Below are positions 1 to 10,615 of a stretch of DNA of 64,000 bases, one piece after another (position 1 is the stretch's first letter; each line of letters begins with the position of its first letter). The DNA is from Minisyncoccota bacterium (GTDB taxonomy: Bacteria > Patescibacteriota > Minisyncoccia > Phycocordibacterales > UBA918). A program made the translations under genes and the position numbers. The stretch is taken from assembly GCA_021734905.1 (NCBI GenBank), contig JAIPIB010000001.1, positions 71,476 to 135,475 on the forward strand. The letters run 5' to 3'. Under the pieces are notes generated by a model that had not been told where the DNA came from, made no database searches, and was given only the letters and a program-made list of their open reading frames with translations.

Positions 1-104
1 TATATATACTCTACAGAAGATTTTGTTCTTTTTCAAGATCCTGCGCCATAAGCTGTTTTAGCTTTAAAACCGAGTATTTCATTTAACGAATACGCGCTGA
101 AAGC

Positions 105-132
105 TTGACCTTTTTTCACCTACCTGTATAAT
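105..132 (+). promoter_or_regulatory. rRNA-type sigma70 promoter
   Basis: TTGACC(105-110)-16 bp-TATAAT(127-132), followed by the GC-rich discriminator AGCGCCAC. This is rrn P1-like and lies upstream of the 16S gene. Confidence 0.75.
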
Positions 133-475
133 AGCGCCACTGTCCAGTTTGAGGGTATATAGCGCTTATAAGAAGGCGTTTTATTTACTTTCATTGTTTG
201 GAGGATGGTTGTTTTTTGAGAGACTTGGAAGTGTATTTATTAGATATTTCTAATACGTATATTACAAGGTCTGTCTGGCAAAGGTCAGCAGATTACATAT
301 TTCAAATAGTAATCAGCAAGTTACTGTTTGAATGTACGTATAGTTACATAGTTGTAACGACTTTTTAAGTTGTTAAAAATATGGAACGGTACGCATCAGC
401 AAAATTGAATATTGGTAAATATTCCACCAAATGAAGAAGGCAAAAGCAATCATGATCTCAAACATTGTTTGGAAT

Positions 476-500
476 CGTGCATTCTCTTTTGTCTTATCCT
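476..500 (+). other. 5' arm of the 16S precursor processing stem (pairs with 2192-2216)
   Basis: CGTGCATTCTCTTTTGTCTTATCCT pairs with AGGATAAGACAAAAGAGAGTGAACG over 25 positions, with one mismatch and one G-U. Confidence 0.8.
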
Positions 501-596
501 TAGAAAATTGTTTGTTGAGGGAGAATAGTAAGTACAGTTCTCCATTACTCACAGACGCAAGATCGCACCAATCACTTCGGTGATTGCGATCCTGTT

Positions 597-2057
<1,461 letters not shown>

Positions 2058-2219
2058 TGGACACGTCGTCGAAAATGGTAACATTTTCACAAACGGCTAA
2101 TTGGTCGATATTTTGTGCCTCAATTGAGCACAAAATAGGCTATAATACCTAACCCTAAAGATGGTATTCGACTCACAGGAAAGACTGAGCTAGGATAAGA
2201 CAAAAGAGAGTGAACGCTG

Positions 2220-2265
2220 TTGATGCACAAAAAGGCACCCGTAAGGGTGCCTTTTTGTGCATCAA
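2220..2265 (+). terminator. Long perfect hairpin closing the 16S transcript
   Basis: 21-bp stem TTGATGCACAAAAAGGCACCC / GGGTGCCTTTTTGTGCATCAA with a GTAA loop. Confidence 0.75.
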
Positions 2266-2266
2266 A

Positions 2267-2451
2267 GAACCGTGCCTGCGCACGGTTCGTCAGCGTTCAC
2301 TGACCGGAGCGATATTTTGTCGACCACAAGGAGATAAAATCGCGAGGTGAGGCCGACAGGCACTTAACGAGTGCAACGAGTTTAGTGACCTGGGCTGAAG
2401 ACTCGAACCGTGCCTGCGCACGGTTCGTCAGCGTTCACTGACCGGAGCGAT
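2267..2451. repeat. Two identical 47-bp palindrome-containing direct repeats (2267-2313, 2405-2451), REP-like
   Basis: GAACCGTGCCTGCGCACGGTTCGTCAGCGTTCACTGACCGGAGCGAT occurs twice, 91 bp apart. Confidence 0.9.
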
Positions 2452-2562
2452 GTTGATAGAAGATCCTATTCAAAATGAATTGTTTAGACAAGAGGTATTA
2501 CTAATACAAAAAAATAAGCCACCTAGTTATGGGTGGCTCTTGTTTTGTGCACGGAATCGTCT

Positions 2563-3060
2563 TCAGGTTGTTCTTGTTTGTGTACGCGCGACGATGAGCT
2601 TGCCAAACATTGTGAGGATATAGGGGGTTATAGGGTATGCCTTGATTACCGCAACAGGCCTTATCGGTTGGCGAGAATATGACATCCGTAAACTACCAAC
2701 GAAGCCTTTGTTCGGAAGTACATGTATGTATCCTCCATGAGGACAGAGTTGCTCTCCTTCTTTTATGAATACGACAACCCCTTTCTCTCTTACGTTCTGC
2801 CAAGGAAGATTGTCCAGAGTTGCGTAGACAATTGCAATTATTGGATTTCCAGTCGCGTAAACCGCTTTTTGGTTTTGAAATGGTGTCCGTATCCGAGCTG
2901 GTTTTGATCTCTTTGGTAGCAAGAGGCGAGATCTCTTTCTTGATCCATGAAGAATGTACTTACCTATCGAGAGTCTCTTCAGGCGTTCCATGGTGATTTT
3001 GAATTTACGTGCCTCGGTAGGGCTTATCCTTCGTAGTGCTCCAGCAGTTGTTTTTTCCAT
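2563..3060 (-). CDS. Orphan protein, possible ADP-ribosyltransferase-fold (Arr-like); SD-led cassette 1
   Basis: Motifs ILHGS...LLLP...VYAT...GYIHVLP..GF...SYSRQPIRPV. GGGAG lies 6 nt before the ATG, and a hairpin follows at 2517-2538. Confidence 0.6.
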   Translation of the reverse strand: MEKTTAGALRRISPTEARKFKITMERLKRLSIGKYILHGSRKRSRLLLPKRSKPARIRTPFQNQKAVYATGNPIIAIVYATLDNLPWQNVREKGVVVFIKEGEQLCPHGGYIHVLPNKGFVGSLRMSYSRQPIRPVAVIKAYPITPYILTMFGKLIVARTQTRTT

Positions 3061-3095
3061 TACTATCTCCCATCAGAATATTTTATCTAATAGTG

Positions 3096-3124
3096 ATATT
3101 ACAACATGAAAAGCTCTATGTCAA
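3096..3124 (-). promoter_or_regulatory. sigma70 promoter of cassette 1
   Basis: TTGACA-17 bp-TAATAT on the minus strand. Confidence 0.7.
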
Positions 3125-3186
3125 CCTCAAGTCTTGAGGGACTTAGAATTTATCGATTATTGCCAAAAAAGTTGGACAGGAAGTAA

Positions 3187-3531
3187 TCACTGAGTCCTAA
3201 ACTGACTTGGAAGCGTGTACCCAGCATCATTATCAGCGGGGTAGGTATTTTTTTGTTTCATGTAGTCTGGTGTAATTGCTTCATTGCCAAACCCGAGCCC
3301 ACTGACGAGTAGGTTAACAATACCCCAAAGACTTATAATGATAACGAAAGCCGAAATGCTCCATATGGTCATTGAACGCGCTTTTTCATGACCTTCTTCA
3401 CTACCACCTGCAAAGATAAAGAAACGTGCTGCATTCCAAACAAATATCAGAAATGCTATCGAGAGCAAGAAGGGTATGAGTGCGCCATCAAGGAATTTAA
3501 GTATATTTGCAAGGAAAGTTTGAATATTCAT
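3187..3531 (-). CDS. TrbC/VirB2-like (T4SS-type) pilin
   Basis: Two hydrophobic helices joined by a GGSEEGHEKAR loop, then IISLWGIVNLL. Start moved to the ATG 7 nt after TATGAT. Confidence 0.7.
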   Translation of the reverse strand: MNIQTFLANILKFLDGALIPFLLSIAFLIFVWNAARFFIFAGGSEEGHEKARSMTIWSISAFVIIISLWGIVNLLVSGLGFGNEAITPDYMKQKNTYPADNDAGYTLPSQFRTQ

Positions 3532-3581
3532 TACAGTAATCATACCGCAAAAGTACCCAAAATAAGCCGAATTTGCACATA

Positions 3582-3609
3582 TTGACAATAATTTCATATG
3601 TGCTATAAT
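3582..3609 (+). promoter_or_regulatory. sigma70 promoter of cassette 2
   Basis: TTGACA-16 bp-(TG)cTATAAT. Confidence 0.75.
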
Positions 3610-3650
3610 ATATATAGAAGGTGGGTCATCGCTCACTAGAGGAGAATACA

Positions 3651-3830
3651 ATGCACGTTGTGAAAAAAGAAAGTAAGGCCGAAATACTCATGGGCTCCAT
3701 TTCTTTTGTTCTTTTCCTTTACCTCTTGATTGGGACGCCAGTATGGATGTCCCTCGCAGAAGGAAAGCCAATCTTCCCCGGTCTGCTCTATGAGCCAGCG
3801 GTGAGATTGATTCAAGCGGTTCTCGGGTAA
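3651..3830 (+). CDS. 59-aa orphan membrane peptide; SD-led cassette 2
   Basis: AGAGGAG lies 6 nt before the ATG. One TM segment. Terminator hairpin plus T-run at 3849-3885. Confidence 0.6.
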   Translation: MHVVKKESKAEILMGSISFVLFLYLLIGTPVWMSLAEGKPIFPGLLYEPAVRLIQAVLG

Positions 3831-3894
3831 AACCCGCGGAACAGAAACAAAGTCGGGAGCGATTCATTTCGCACCCGGCTTTTTTAGTGTCGAT

Positions 3895-3936
3895 AATACA
3901 AAACGCCGACATGCGCGCATGCCGGCGTTTTGTATT
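3895..3936. terminator. Bidirectional hairpin downstream of tRNA-Ile
   Basis: AATACAAAACGCCGACATGC / GCATGCCGGCGTTTTGTATT. Confidence 0.7.
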
Positions 3937-3962
3937 TAATTTTGGATATTTTACGTACTTTG

Positions 3963-4036
3963 TCCGCGCTCTAGGATTCGAACCTAGGACCCTCCGAGTA
4001 TCAGTCGAATGCTCTAGCCAACTGAGCTAAGCGCGG
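3963..4036 (-). tRNA. tRNA-Ile (GAT), CCA not encoded
   Basis: Minus strand reads CCGCGCT-TAGCTCAGTTGGCTAGAGC-A-TTCGA CT GAT AC TCGGA...GGTTCGAATCC...AGCGCGG-A. Confidence 0.95.
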
Positions 4037-4212
4037 ACAAATGGCACAAAATATCAAAATGGTTTACTGCTCTCGTGAGAAGTCATTTGGATACTCACCA
4101 ATCAGTCACACGATACTACCAAAAACTAAGCAATTGAGCAATGAATTGACACAATAGTATTTTGAGACACATATTGATATAGTACTGAAGGACTAAACAT
4201 GGAGGGTTTGAA

Positions 4213-4410
4213 ATGGCACGAGGAAAGACCTATTCTGCAGCAAAAGTTAAAGGTGGGACTCAACCACAAGAGAAAAAGTTTATTCCTGGAGGTACAGCAG
4301 TGAGACGTCTCGACAACGCGCGATTCGTTGTTCGACATAGTGGTGCTGATGGCTTACGGTTTGAGGGATATATCGGCCTCTTCAATCCACAGTACTTCTA
4401 CCCACTGTGA
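4213..4410 (+). CDS. 65-aa orphan; SD-led cassette 3 (paralog of the C-terminus of 4761)
   Basis: GGAGG lies 7 nt before the ATG. TTGACA at 4146. Terminator at 4427-4460. Confidence 0.65.
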   Translation: MARGKTYSAAKVKGGTQPQEKKFIPGGTAVRRLDNARFVVRHSGADGLRFEGYIGLFNPQYFYPL

Positions 4411-4478
4411 GTTCTTTCAACAAACGAAAAGCCTGCGGTATTTCCCAGCAGGCTTTTTCTTATGAATTTTTAATACAG

Positions 4479-4664
4479 CTAGTTAACTGGTTGAGACGTT
4501 CCCATATCGTTAAGTCGCTGTTCAAGTCTGTCGACACCATCGCCGATTTGTGCAAGATCACTTTGGAACTGGACAGTAAGATTGTAAGTAAAAAATGCAA
4601 ACCCCACAATGAGAGTCCAGGCTATATATGGAAAGATTTTGTGTGATTCAAGCGTGTGTTTCAT
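4479..4664 (-). CDS. Small membrane-anchored coiled-coil protein
   Basis: TM segment followed by a heptad-like tail. ATG 8 nt after TATACT. Confidence 0.6.
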   Translation of the reverse strand: MKHTLESHKIFPYIAWTLIVGFAFFTYNLTVQFQSDLAQIGDGVDRLEQRLNDMGTSQPVN

Positions 4665-4760
4665 ATGTGAGTAGTATAGCAAAGCATGTTTGTATATGTC
4701 GTATTGAGATGTTAGTATCCTTCATGGAATCGATACTTTGATTAAGAGAGGAGGCAGTAT

Positions 4761-5132
4761 ATGAATTGGTTCAATCCAGTCCCCTTAGGGGCACCACAGA
4801 GAGCGCGTAGGGTGGGTTTTTTAACTGGTGTGTGCGAATTAGCTCAGCCTAAGGAGCCAATTCTTACTGATCAAAAAAAATTTGAACTAAAACCAAAACT
4901 TGAGAAAGGAAAAGCAGCGAGCAAAAAACCTCCAAAACGCAAAAAATCTACAGTACTGCAGAGCAAATCCCTTTATTTCAAAAAAGGGCAGAGACTCCAG
5001 TATAAAAAGGGAAAAGGACCAAAAAAGGATCGAGAGAGGATTTTTGTAGTCGTTTTTCACGGACACAAAGGAATCCTCTTTGGAGGGAGAGATGTTCTCT
5101 TTTCCGAAGATTTTTTCGAACCAGTGGACTAA
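4761..5132 (+). CDS. 123-aa basic orphan; SD-led cassette 4
   Basis: AGGAGG lies 6 nt before the ATG. Lys-rich middle. Hairpin plus T-run at 5150-5180. Confidence 0.65.
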   Translation: MNWFNPVPLGAPQRARRVGFLTGVCELAQPKEPILTDQKKFELKPKLEKGKAASKKPPKRKKSTVLQSKSLYFKKGQRLQYKKGKGPKKDRERIFVVVFHGHKGILFGGRDVLFSEDFFEPVD

Positions 5133-5197
5133 AAAGGAAGGAGGAAGGGAGGGTCGCAAGTAGTTTCTGCGGCCTTTTTTGTGCTATGATGCGTCAT

Positions 5198-6571
5198 ATG
5201 CAGGGCGCTTCAGAATATTTTAAAGATAAGAAAATAACCGTAATGGGGCTTGGTTTGCTTGGTCGCGGTGTAGGGGATGCTGCCTTTCTGGCGGAATGTA
5301 GCGCGGAGCTTATCGTGACTGACATGAAGTCAGAAGAAGTACTCAAAGAATCACTTGAGAAGCTTTCCGCGTATAAAAACATTACCTATCGGCTGGGGGA
5401 ACACCACGAAGAAGATTTTCGAGGGCGCGACATGATTCTCGTGGCCGCAGGGGTGCCATTTGACTCGGTGTTTGTGGAAGTTGCTAGACAGGATGGAGCT
5501 GAGATCTCAATGAGTGGAGCGCTCTTTGCATCACTTTCAAAAGTTCCGATTATTGGTATCACCGGGACAAGAGGAAAGTCGACAGTGACTCACATGATTC
5601 ATCATGTTCTCAGAACTATGACTGAAGGAGGGAAGGTGCTTCTTGGAGGAAATGTGCGAGGAGTTTCAAACCTGCAGTTGCTGAAAGATGTTGAAGAAGA
5701 TTCTGTTGCAGTCATGGAACTCGACTCGTGGCAATTGCAGGGGTTTGGAGAGAAAAAGATGAGTCCACATATTTCAGTGTTCACCAACTTCATGGAAGAT
5801 CACATGAATTATTACAAAGGCAACATGGGAATGTATTTTGCTGACAAAGCAAATATTTTCATGTATCAAGATGAGCCAGATACTTTCGTAACAACTCGGG
5901 AGGTTCTTGAAAGTGCAGAAGTTTTTGCACGAGAAAAAGGATTTGAGATGGTCCAAAATATCCGACTCGCCGACACATCTATTCTTCCCGATGATTGCCT
6001 TCTTACAATGCCAGGCGAACACAACCGTCTCAATGCAGCACTTGCCATAGAGGCGCTTCGCGCCACTGGACTCACTGATGATGAAATCTTTGAAGGACTC
6101 GCGACATTTCCTGGAGTTCCTGGAAGACTCGAATATCTTGGAGAAATTAAGGGAATGAAAGTATACAACGACAATAACGCAACAACGCCTATGGCGACCG
6201 TTCGAGGGATTGAGGCGGTTGCCGGCAATAAGAACGTAGTTCTTATTGCCGGCGGAACATACAAAGAGATTGACTCGAGCGTGCTTATCGAACCAATCAA
6301 GAAATATTGCAAAAAGTTGGTTCTTCTTCCTGGGACAGGTACAGACAAACTCAAAGGAACCCTCCACACTATTCCAGTTAACTGGAATAGTGTGGAGGGA
6401 GTGACGGGTGGGGAGGTTCTTAAGAATGCGGTGGAGGCCGGGCTCGCCCATGGCGAGCCCGGCGACGTTCTCCTTTTTTCTCCTGGTTTTGCGTCTTTCG
6501 GTATGTTTTTGAATGAGTATGATAGAAATGATCAGTTTGTTGATATCATAAAATCACATGAAACTCTCTGA
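5198..6571 (+). CDS. murD: UDP-MurNAc-L-Ala--D-Glu ligase
   Basis: GLGLLG, ITGTRGKST, ELDSWQL, YNDNNATT, FSPGFASFG. Start placed 7 nt after TATGAT. Confidence 0.93.
   Translation: MQGASEYFKDKKITVMGLGLLGRGVGDAAFLAECSAELIVTDMKSEEVLKESLEKLSAYKNITYRLGEHHEEDFRGRDMILVAAGVPFDSVFVEVARQDGAEISMSGALFASLSKVPIIGITGTRGKSTVTHMIHHVLRTMTEGGKVLLGGNVRGVSNLQLLKDVEEDSVAVMELDSWQLQGFGEKKMSPHISVFTNFMEDHMNYYKGNMGMYFADKANIFMYQDEPDTFVTTREVLESAEVFAREKGFEMVQNIRLADTSILPDDCLLTMPGEHNRLNAALAIEALRATGLTDDEIFEGLATFPGVPGRLEYLGEIKGMKVYNDNNATTPMATVRGIEAVAGNKNVVLIAGGTYKEIDSSVLIEPIKKYCKKLVLLPGTGTDKLKGTLHTIPVNWNSVEGVTGGEVLKNAVEAGLAHGEPGDVLLFSPGFASFGMFLNEYDRNDQFVDIIKSHETL
6360..6399. repeat. Perfect 40-bp palindrome inside murD
   Basis: CCCTCCACACTATTCCAGTT|AACTGGAATAGTGTGGAGGG. 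Confidence 0.95.
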
Positions 6572-7853
6572 TTACAAAAAGGCACATTTTATTGGGATTG
6601 GAGGCATTGGGATGTCCGGCCTCGCGCGTTTATTTCTTCATGGAGGCAAAGTAGTTTCTGGCTCTGATCGCTCGCCGTCAGACATTACACGGTCGCTTAT
6701 GTTAGAAGGTGCTAGCTTTTTTGAATCTCACGCAATAGAAAACATTACAGACGATATTGATCTTGTAATATACACGGAAGCCGTCAGTGAAAAAACAGAA
6801 GGGTATGTCGAACTACAAGAAGCGAAAAAAAAAGGAATTACGACGATAAATTATTTTGATGCACTAGGGATGGTTGCCAATGAATATTATCTCATTGCAG
6901 TTTCGGGAAGTCATGGAAAAACAACGACAACTGCAATGCTCATTGATATTTTTGAAGAAGCGGGGCTTGACCCCTCGGCTATTGTTGGTTCGCTACGATC
7001 GAAGACGAAGAGTAACTATCGCGCAGGGAAGAGTAAGTATTTTATTGTCGAGGCGTGTGAGTACAAACGTGATTTTCTTAGCCTTACACCAGATGTTCTT
7101 GTGATTACAAATATCGAACATGAACATGTTGACTACTATAAGAATCTTCGTGAAGTCCAACAGGCATTTAGTGAGTTTGCAGGACAGGTGCGGGATGGAG
7201 GTTCTATCGTTTTGAATTTTGGTGGACAAAATGTTGCTGCAATACTTGAGGGGATACACGCATCTATAGTTGATTATGGGAAGTATTTTGATCCGACTCT
7301 TACGTTAAAGATGCCTGGTGTCCACAATCAATTGAACGCGGCAGTAGCCAAAGCCGTGGCTGAGCTGGTTGGGATTGATTCCAAAATCACAAAGGATGCT
7401 CTTCAAAATTTTACCGGAACGTGGCGACGGTTTGAATATAAAGGGGAAGTTAACGGAGCAAAGGTATATGACGACTATGGACATCATCCGACAGAGATTG
7501 AGGCGACGATTAATGGCGCGAAGGAACTTTATCCAGATAAAAAAATAACGCTCGTTTTTCAATCACACACATACTCTCGTACGCATGCCCTTTTTAATGA
7601 TTTTGTACGGGCGCTCTCACTAGCTGATCGTGTGATAGTTCTTCCTGTCTACGCAGCGAGGGAGGAAAATATCTCCGGCGTTTCGCACACAAAACTCGTT
7701 GAAGCAATGATAAAAAGTGGAGAGGAGGCGCACACGACAGAGACATTTGTCGAGGTCGTTGAGGAACTCAAAAATTCAGCAACAAAAGACGACCTCATTC
7801 TTATCATGGGCGCAGGAGATGTTACACAAGTCGCAGGCATGTTGACGAAGTAA
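6558..7853 (+). CDS. murC: UDP-MurNAc--L-alanine ligase
   Basis: HFIGIGGIGMSG, GSHGKTTT, VEACE, DDYGHHPTE, MGAGD. Confidence 0.95.
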   Translation: MKLSDYKKAHFIGIGGIGMSGLARLFLHGGKVVSGSDRSPSDITRSLMLEGASFFESHAIENITDDIDLVIYTEAVSEKTEGYVELQEAKKKGITTINYFDALGMVANEYYLIAVSGSHGKTTTTAMLIDIFEEAGLDPSAIVGSLRSKTKSNYRAGKSKYFIVEACEYKRDFLSLTPDVLVITNIEHEHVDYYKNLREVQQAFSEFAGQVRDGGSIVLNFGGQNVAAILEGIHASIVDYGKYFDPTLTLKMPGVHNQLNAAVAKAVAELVGIDSKITKDALQNFTGTWRRFEYKGEVNGAKVYDDYGHHPTEIEATINGAKELYPDKKITLVFQSHTYSRTHALFNDFVRALSLADRVIVLPVYAAREENISGVSHTKLVEAMIKSGEEAHTTETFVEVVEELKNSATKDDLILIMGAGDVTQVAGMLTK

Positions 7854-7901
7854 TATTTTGTAGTAGATTGGTTTAATAATTACCCACCAGAGGAGAGGGA
7901 G

Positions 7902-8066
7902 ATGAAAAGGGTATTAAAGAAAGTTCTTCCGAAGGCCATGATATCCATGATTCGTCGTCTAAAAGCATATCTTGTGCTCATTATGCGCGAATATGGAAAA
8001 TACAGAACCGAACAACCTGAAGAATGCGAAAGGATTCGTGCAGAGCAGGTTTCGATGCATGACTGA
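7902..8066 (+). CDS. 54-aa orphan (MKRVLKKVLPKAMISMIRRLKAYLVLIMREYG...); SD-led cassette 5, not in ORF track
   Basis: AGGAG lies 6 nt before the ATG. Hairpin terminator at 8088-8116. Confidence 0.55.
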   Translation: MKRVLKKVLPKAMISMIRRLKAYLVLIMREYGKYRTEQPEECERIRAEQVSMHD

Positions 8067-8125
8067 CTCCAATCTGTATTCAACAACAACGCGTGGGCTT
8101 GCTCGCGCGTTATTTACTTATATAA

Positions 8126-8809
8126 ATGACAGGATTACTTTCAATAGTTGCGACTCCGATAGGGAACATGGAAGATATCACTCTTCGGGCAATTCGTGTG
8201 CTTAAAGAAGCCGATTACGTCCTTTGTGAGGACACAAGGGTGACAGGAAATCTTTTGAAGCACTATGGTATAGAGACGAAGACACGGCGGTATGATGCCC
8301 ATGCATCAGAAAAAGTCCATGAGGGCATATTGAAAGACCTTGAGGATGGAAAACATATAGCACTTGTTTCAGATGCTGGGACTCCGGGGATAAGCGACCC
8401 AGGGGTAATGTTGGTGTCTCGTGCTCGTGAAGCACAAATCAGAATCGATGCTATCCCAGGTGTGTCTGCAGTGACGGCTGCATTTTCTATTGCAGGTATC
8501 TATGGAAACAGTTTTATCTTTTTAGGTTTTGCGCCACCAAAGAAGGGAAGGCAAACTTTTTTCAAAAGTTTGCCTGAATATGATATTCCCGTTATCTTTT
8601 ATGAGGCACCACATCGGATTATGAAAACTCTCGAATCATTAAAAGAAACCCTTCGTCCCAATCAACGAGTAATTATTGCACGAGAACTGACAAAGTTTTT
8701 TGAAGAAATTGTATCAGGTTCTCCAGAAGAAGTTCTTCAGTATTTTATTAGCAATTCCGACCATGTTCGTGGGGAGTTTGTCGTTTTGGTTGATCAGGCT
8801 AAAAAATAG
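8126..8809 (+). CDS. rsmI: 16S rRNA C1402 2'-O-methyltransferase
   Basis: VATPIGNMEDIT, CEDTR, VSDAGTPGISDPG, YEAPHR, RELTK. Confidence 0.95.
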   Translation: MTGLLSIVATPIGNMEDITLRAIRVLKEADYVLCEDTRVTGNLLKHYGIETKTRRYDAHASEKVHEGILKDLEDGKHIALVSDAGTPGISDPGVMLVSRAREAQIRIDAIPGVSAVTAAFSIAGIYGNSFIFLGFAPPKKGRQTFFKSLPEYDIPVIFYEAPHRIMKTLESLKETLRPNQRVIIARELTKFFEEIVSGSPEEVLQYFISNSDHVRGEFVVLVDQAKK

Positions 8810-8942
8810 CATCAACGGTGCCTGTAATAGATTTGTGCAGTGAATTTTATGTTTAGAGAGAGTTTTTAAGTTAGGATATCTCGAAATATGCTTTCCCGAC
8901 TCACTATTTTAAATACAGGGAGATTCAGGCTATACTATAAAT

Positions 8943-9206
8943 ATGTCGAAAGAATCATTTGTTTTTGTCCTTGGTGGAATTGTTTTTGTGACGCCGTTTT
9001 TGGGTGTTCCGAGTGATTACAAGGAGTGGATATTCATTGTAAGTGGAGTCCTCCTGATGATTGCCGGATATCGGTTGAGGAGAATGGCGTTTTTAAAATC
9101 TCTCGAGCATGAGAGCGGTGAACGTCGTGGAGAGGTCTTTGTCGAAAATAATCATTTTGAATTAGAAAAGAAAGAAGTTGTCCAACACGAGGAAATACAT
9201 GTATGA
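8943..9206 (+). CDS. Small two-TM membrane protein
   Basis: Two hydrophobic segments. ATG 6 nt after TATACT. Overlaps the next gene. Confidence 0.7.
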   Translation: MSKESFVFVLGGIVFVTPFLGVPSDYKEWIFIVSGVLLMIAGYRLRRMAFLKSLEHESGERRGEVFVENNHFELEKKEVVQHEEIHV

Positions 9207-10498
9207 AATGGATGTCTGTTGCAGGAATTGTTGGCGGAGGATTTTACATCCTTTCGTACGTCACTTTGCCACAACTTACAGCTCTTGAGTATTCTAGTCC
9301 CCAAAATTTTGAACCGACCGAAATTGTACAAGAGGAGATAAAACAAGTGGAGCAAAAGGACGAACGAGAGATTATCTTGCATGAGCCACTCCCTGAAGCT
9401 GTTCGGGCAATTTACATGACTTCCTGTGTTGCTGGTACGACTGACTTTAGGAATAGACTCGTGTCATTAATTGATGACACTGAGATCAATGCTGTTGTCA
9501 TAGATATTAAAGATTATTCTGGTACGATCTCTTTTCCTCCTCTGAGTGAAGCCTGGAAGTCTGCGTGGACTGATGCAAAATGCGGCACACGAGATATGAA
9601 GGAGTTTATTCATACCCTTCACGAAAAAGGTATTTTTGTGATTGGCCGTATTACAGTATTTCAAGATCCATTTTATACAAAAATAAGGCCTGAGTTAGCT
9701 GTTACAAAAGCATCTGATGGATCAGTTTGGCATGATCGAAAAGGTCTTTCATTTATTGATGTTGGTTCGCATGAATATTGGGACCATATAGTGGAGCTTT
9801 CTTCAGACGCATATAATATTGGTTTTGATGAACTCAATTTTGATTACGTCAGATATCCCTCAGATGGGAATATGCAGGATATCGCATTTCCAAATAGTCT
9901 GAAAAGTGAATACGGGGCTGACAAACAAGCAAACCTTGAAGCATTCTTTAAATATCTCAACGAACAGTTAGATGTTGAATCTAAGTTCAGTGAATACAAA
10001 CATGAAAATACTGGGCGTGCTTCAACGACCCCGTGGACTTCTGTAGATTTGTTTGGGATGACAACGACCAATTTTGATGATCTCTCAATTGGGCAAGTGC
10101 AGGATCGTGCTGCTCCGTATTTTGATTTTGTGGCACCAATGGTGTATCCGTCTCACTACCCAAATAGTTTCTTAGGGTTAGGTAATCCCAATGATTATCC
10201 GTATAAGGTGGTCAACTATGTGATGCAAGCAGGCGTAAACCGTATGATCTCTTCAACGACGCCGATGCAAGGATTTCTTCATGAACGAATTGGAACATCA
10301 ACGCCAGCACTCTACAAAAAACCTGTCTATACCGCTGAAAAATTCCGCACCTGGATACAGGATTTTGATTATGGAGGAGATTATGATGCGACTGATGTAC
10401 GCAATCAGATCCAAGCAAGCTACGATGCTGGTGTTAAAAGTTTTATGATTTGGGCACCATCGAATATATATACCCGCGGAGCACTTAATGTTGAGTAG
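9203..10498 (+). CDS. Putative glycoside hydrolase (DUF4015-like TIM barrel)
   Basis: INAVVIDIKD, IGRITVFQDP, GFDELNFDYVRYP, PMVYPSHY, WIQDF. N-terminal anchor. Confidence 0.8.
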   Translation: MKWMSVAGIVGGGFYILSYVTLPQLTALEYSSPQNFEPTEIVQEEIKQVEQKDEREIILHEPLPEAVRAIYMTSCVAGTTDFRNRLVSLIDDTEINAVVIDIKDYSGTISFPPLSEAWKSAWTDAKCGTRDMKEFIHTLHEKGIFVIGRITVFQDPFYTKIRPELAVTKASDGSVWHDRKGLSFIDVGSHEYWDHIVELSSDAYNIGFDELNFDYVRYPSDGNMQDIAFPNSLKSEYGADKQANLEAFFKYLNEQLDVESKFSEYKHENTGRASTTPWTSVDLFGMTTTNFDDLSIGQVQDRAAPYFDFVAPMVYPSHYPNSFLGLGNPNDYPYKVVNYVMQAGVNRMISSTTPMQGFLHERIGTSTPALYKKPVYTAEKFRTWIQDFDYGGDYDATDVRNQIQASYDAGVKSFMIWAPSNIYTRGALNVE

Positions 10499-10615
10499 TG
10501 TCAATTTCGAAATTCTGGCATATTTTCCAATGTGTGGATAAATATCTAGTTGATTTAGTATGATGTTATACTTTGGTTAAGCTTCATTTTATGATCTTGA
10601 TTAGGGAGGTTGATT

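Noticed and set aside
2267-2451. CRISPR array
   Set aside because: There are only two 47-bp units with a 91-bp structured spacer, and no cas operon in the window.
5774-6451. 225-aa antisense ORF sharing a peptide with MurD
   Set aside because: The shared peptide results from the 40-bp palindrome; it is a shadow ORF.
5198-6571. TGA recoded as Gly (code 25)
   Set aside because: murD, kdsD and other full-length genes end at TGA, with no internal TGA in conserved ORFs.
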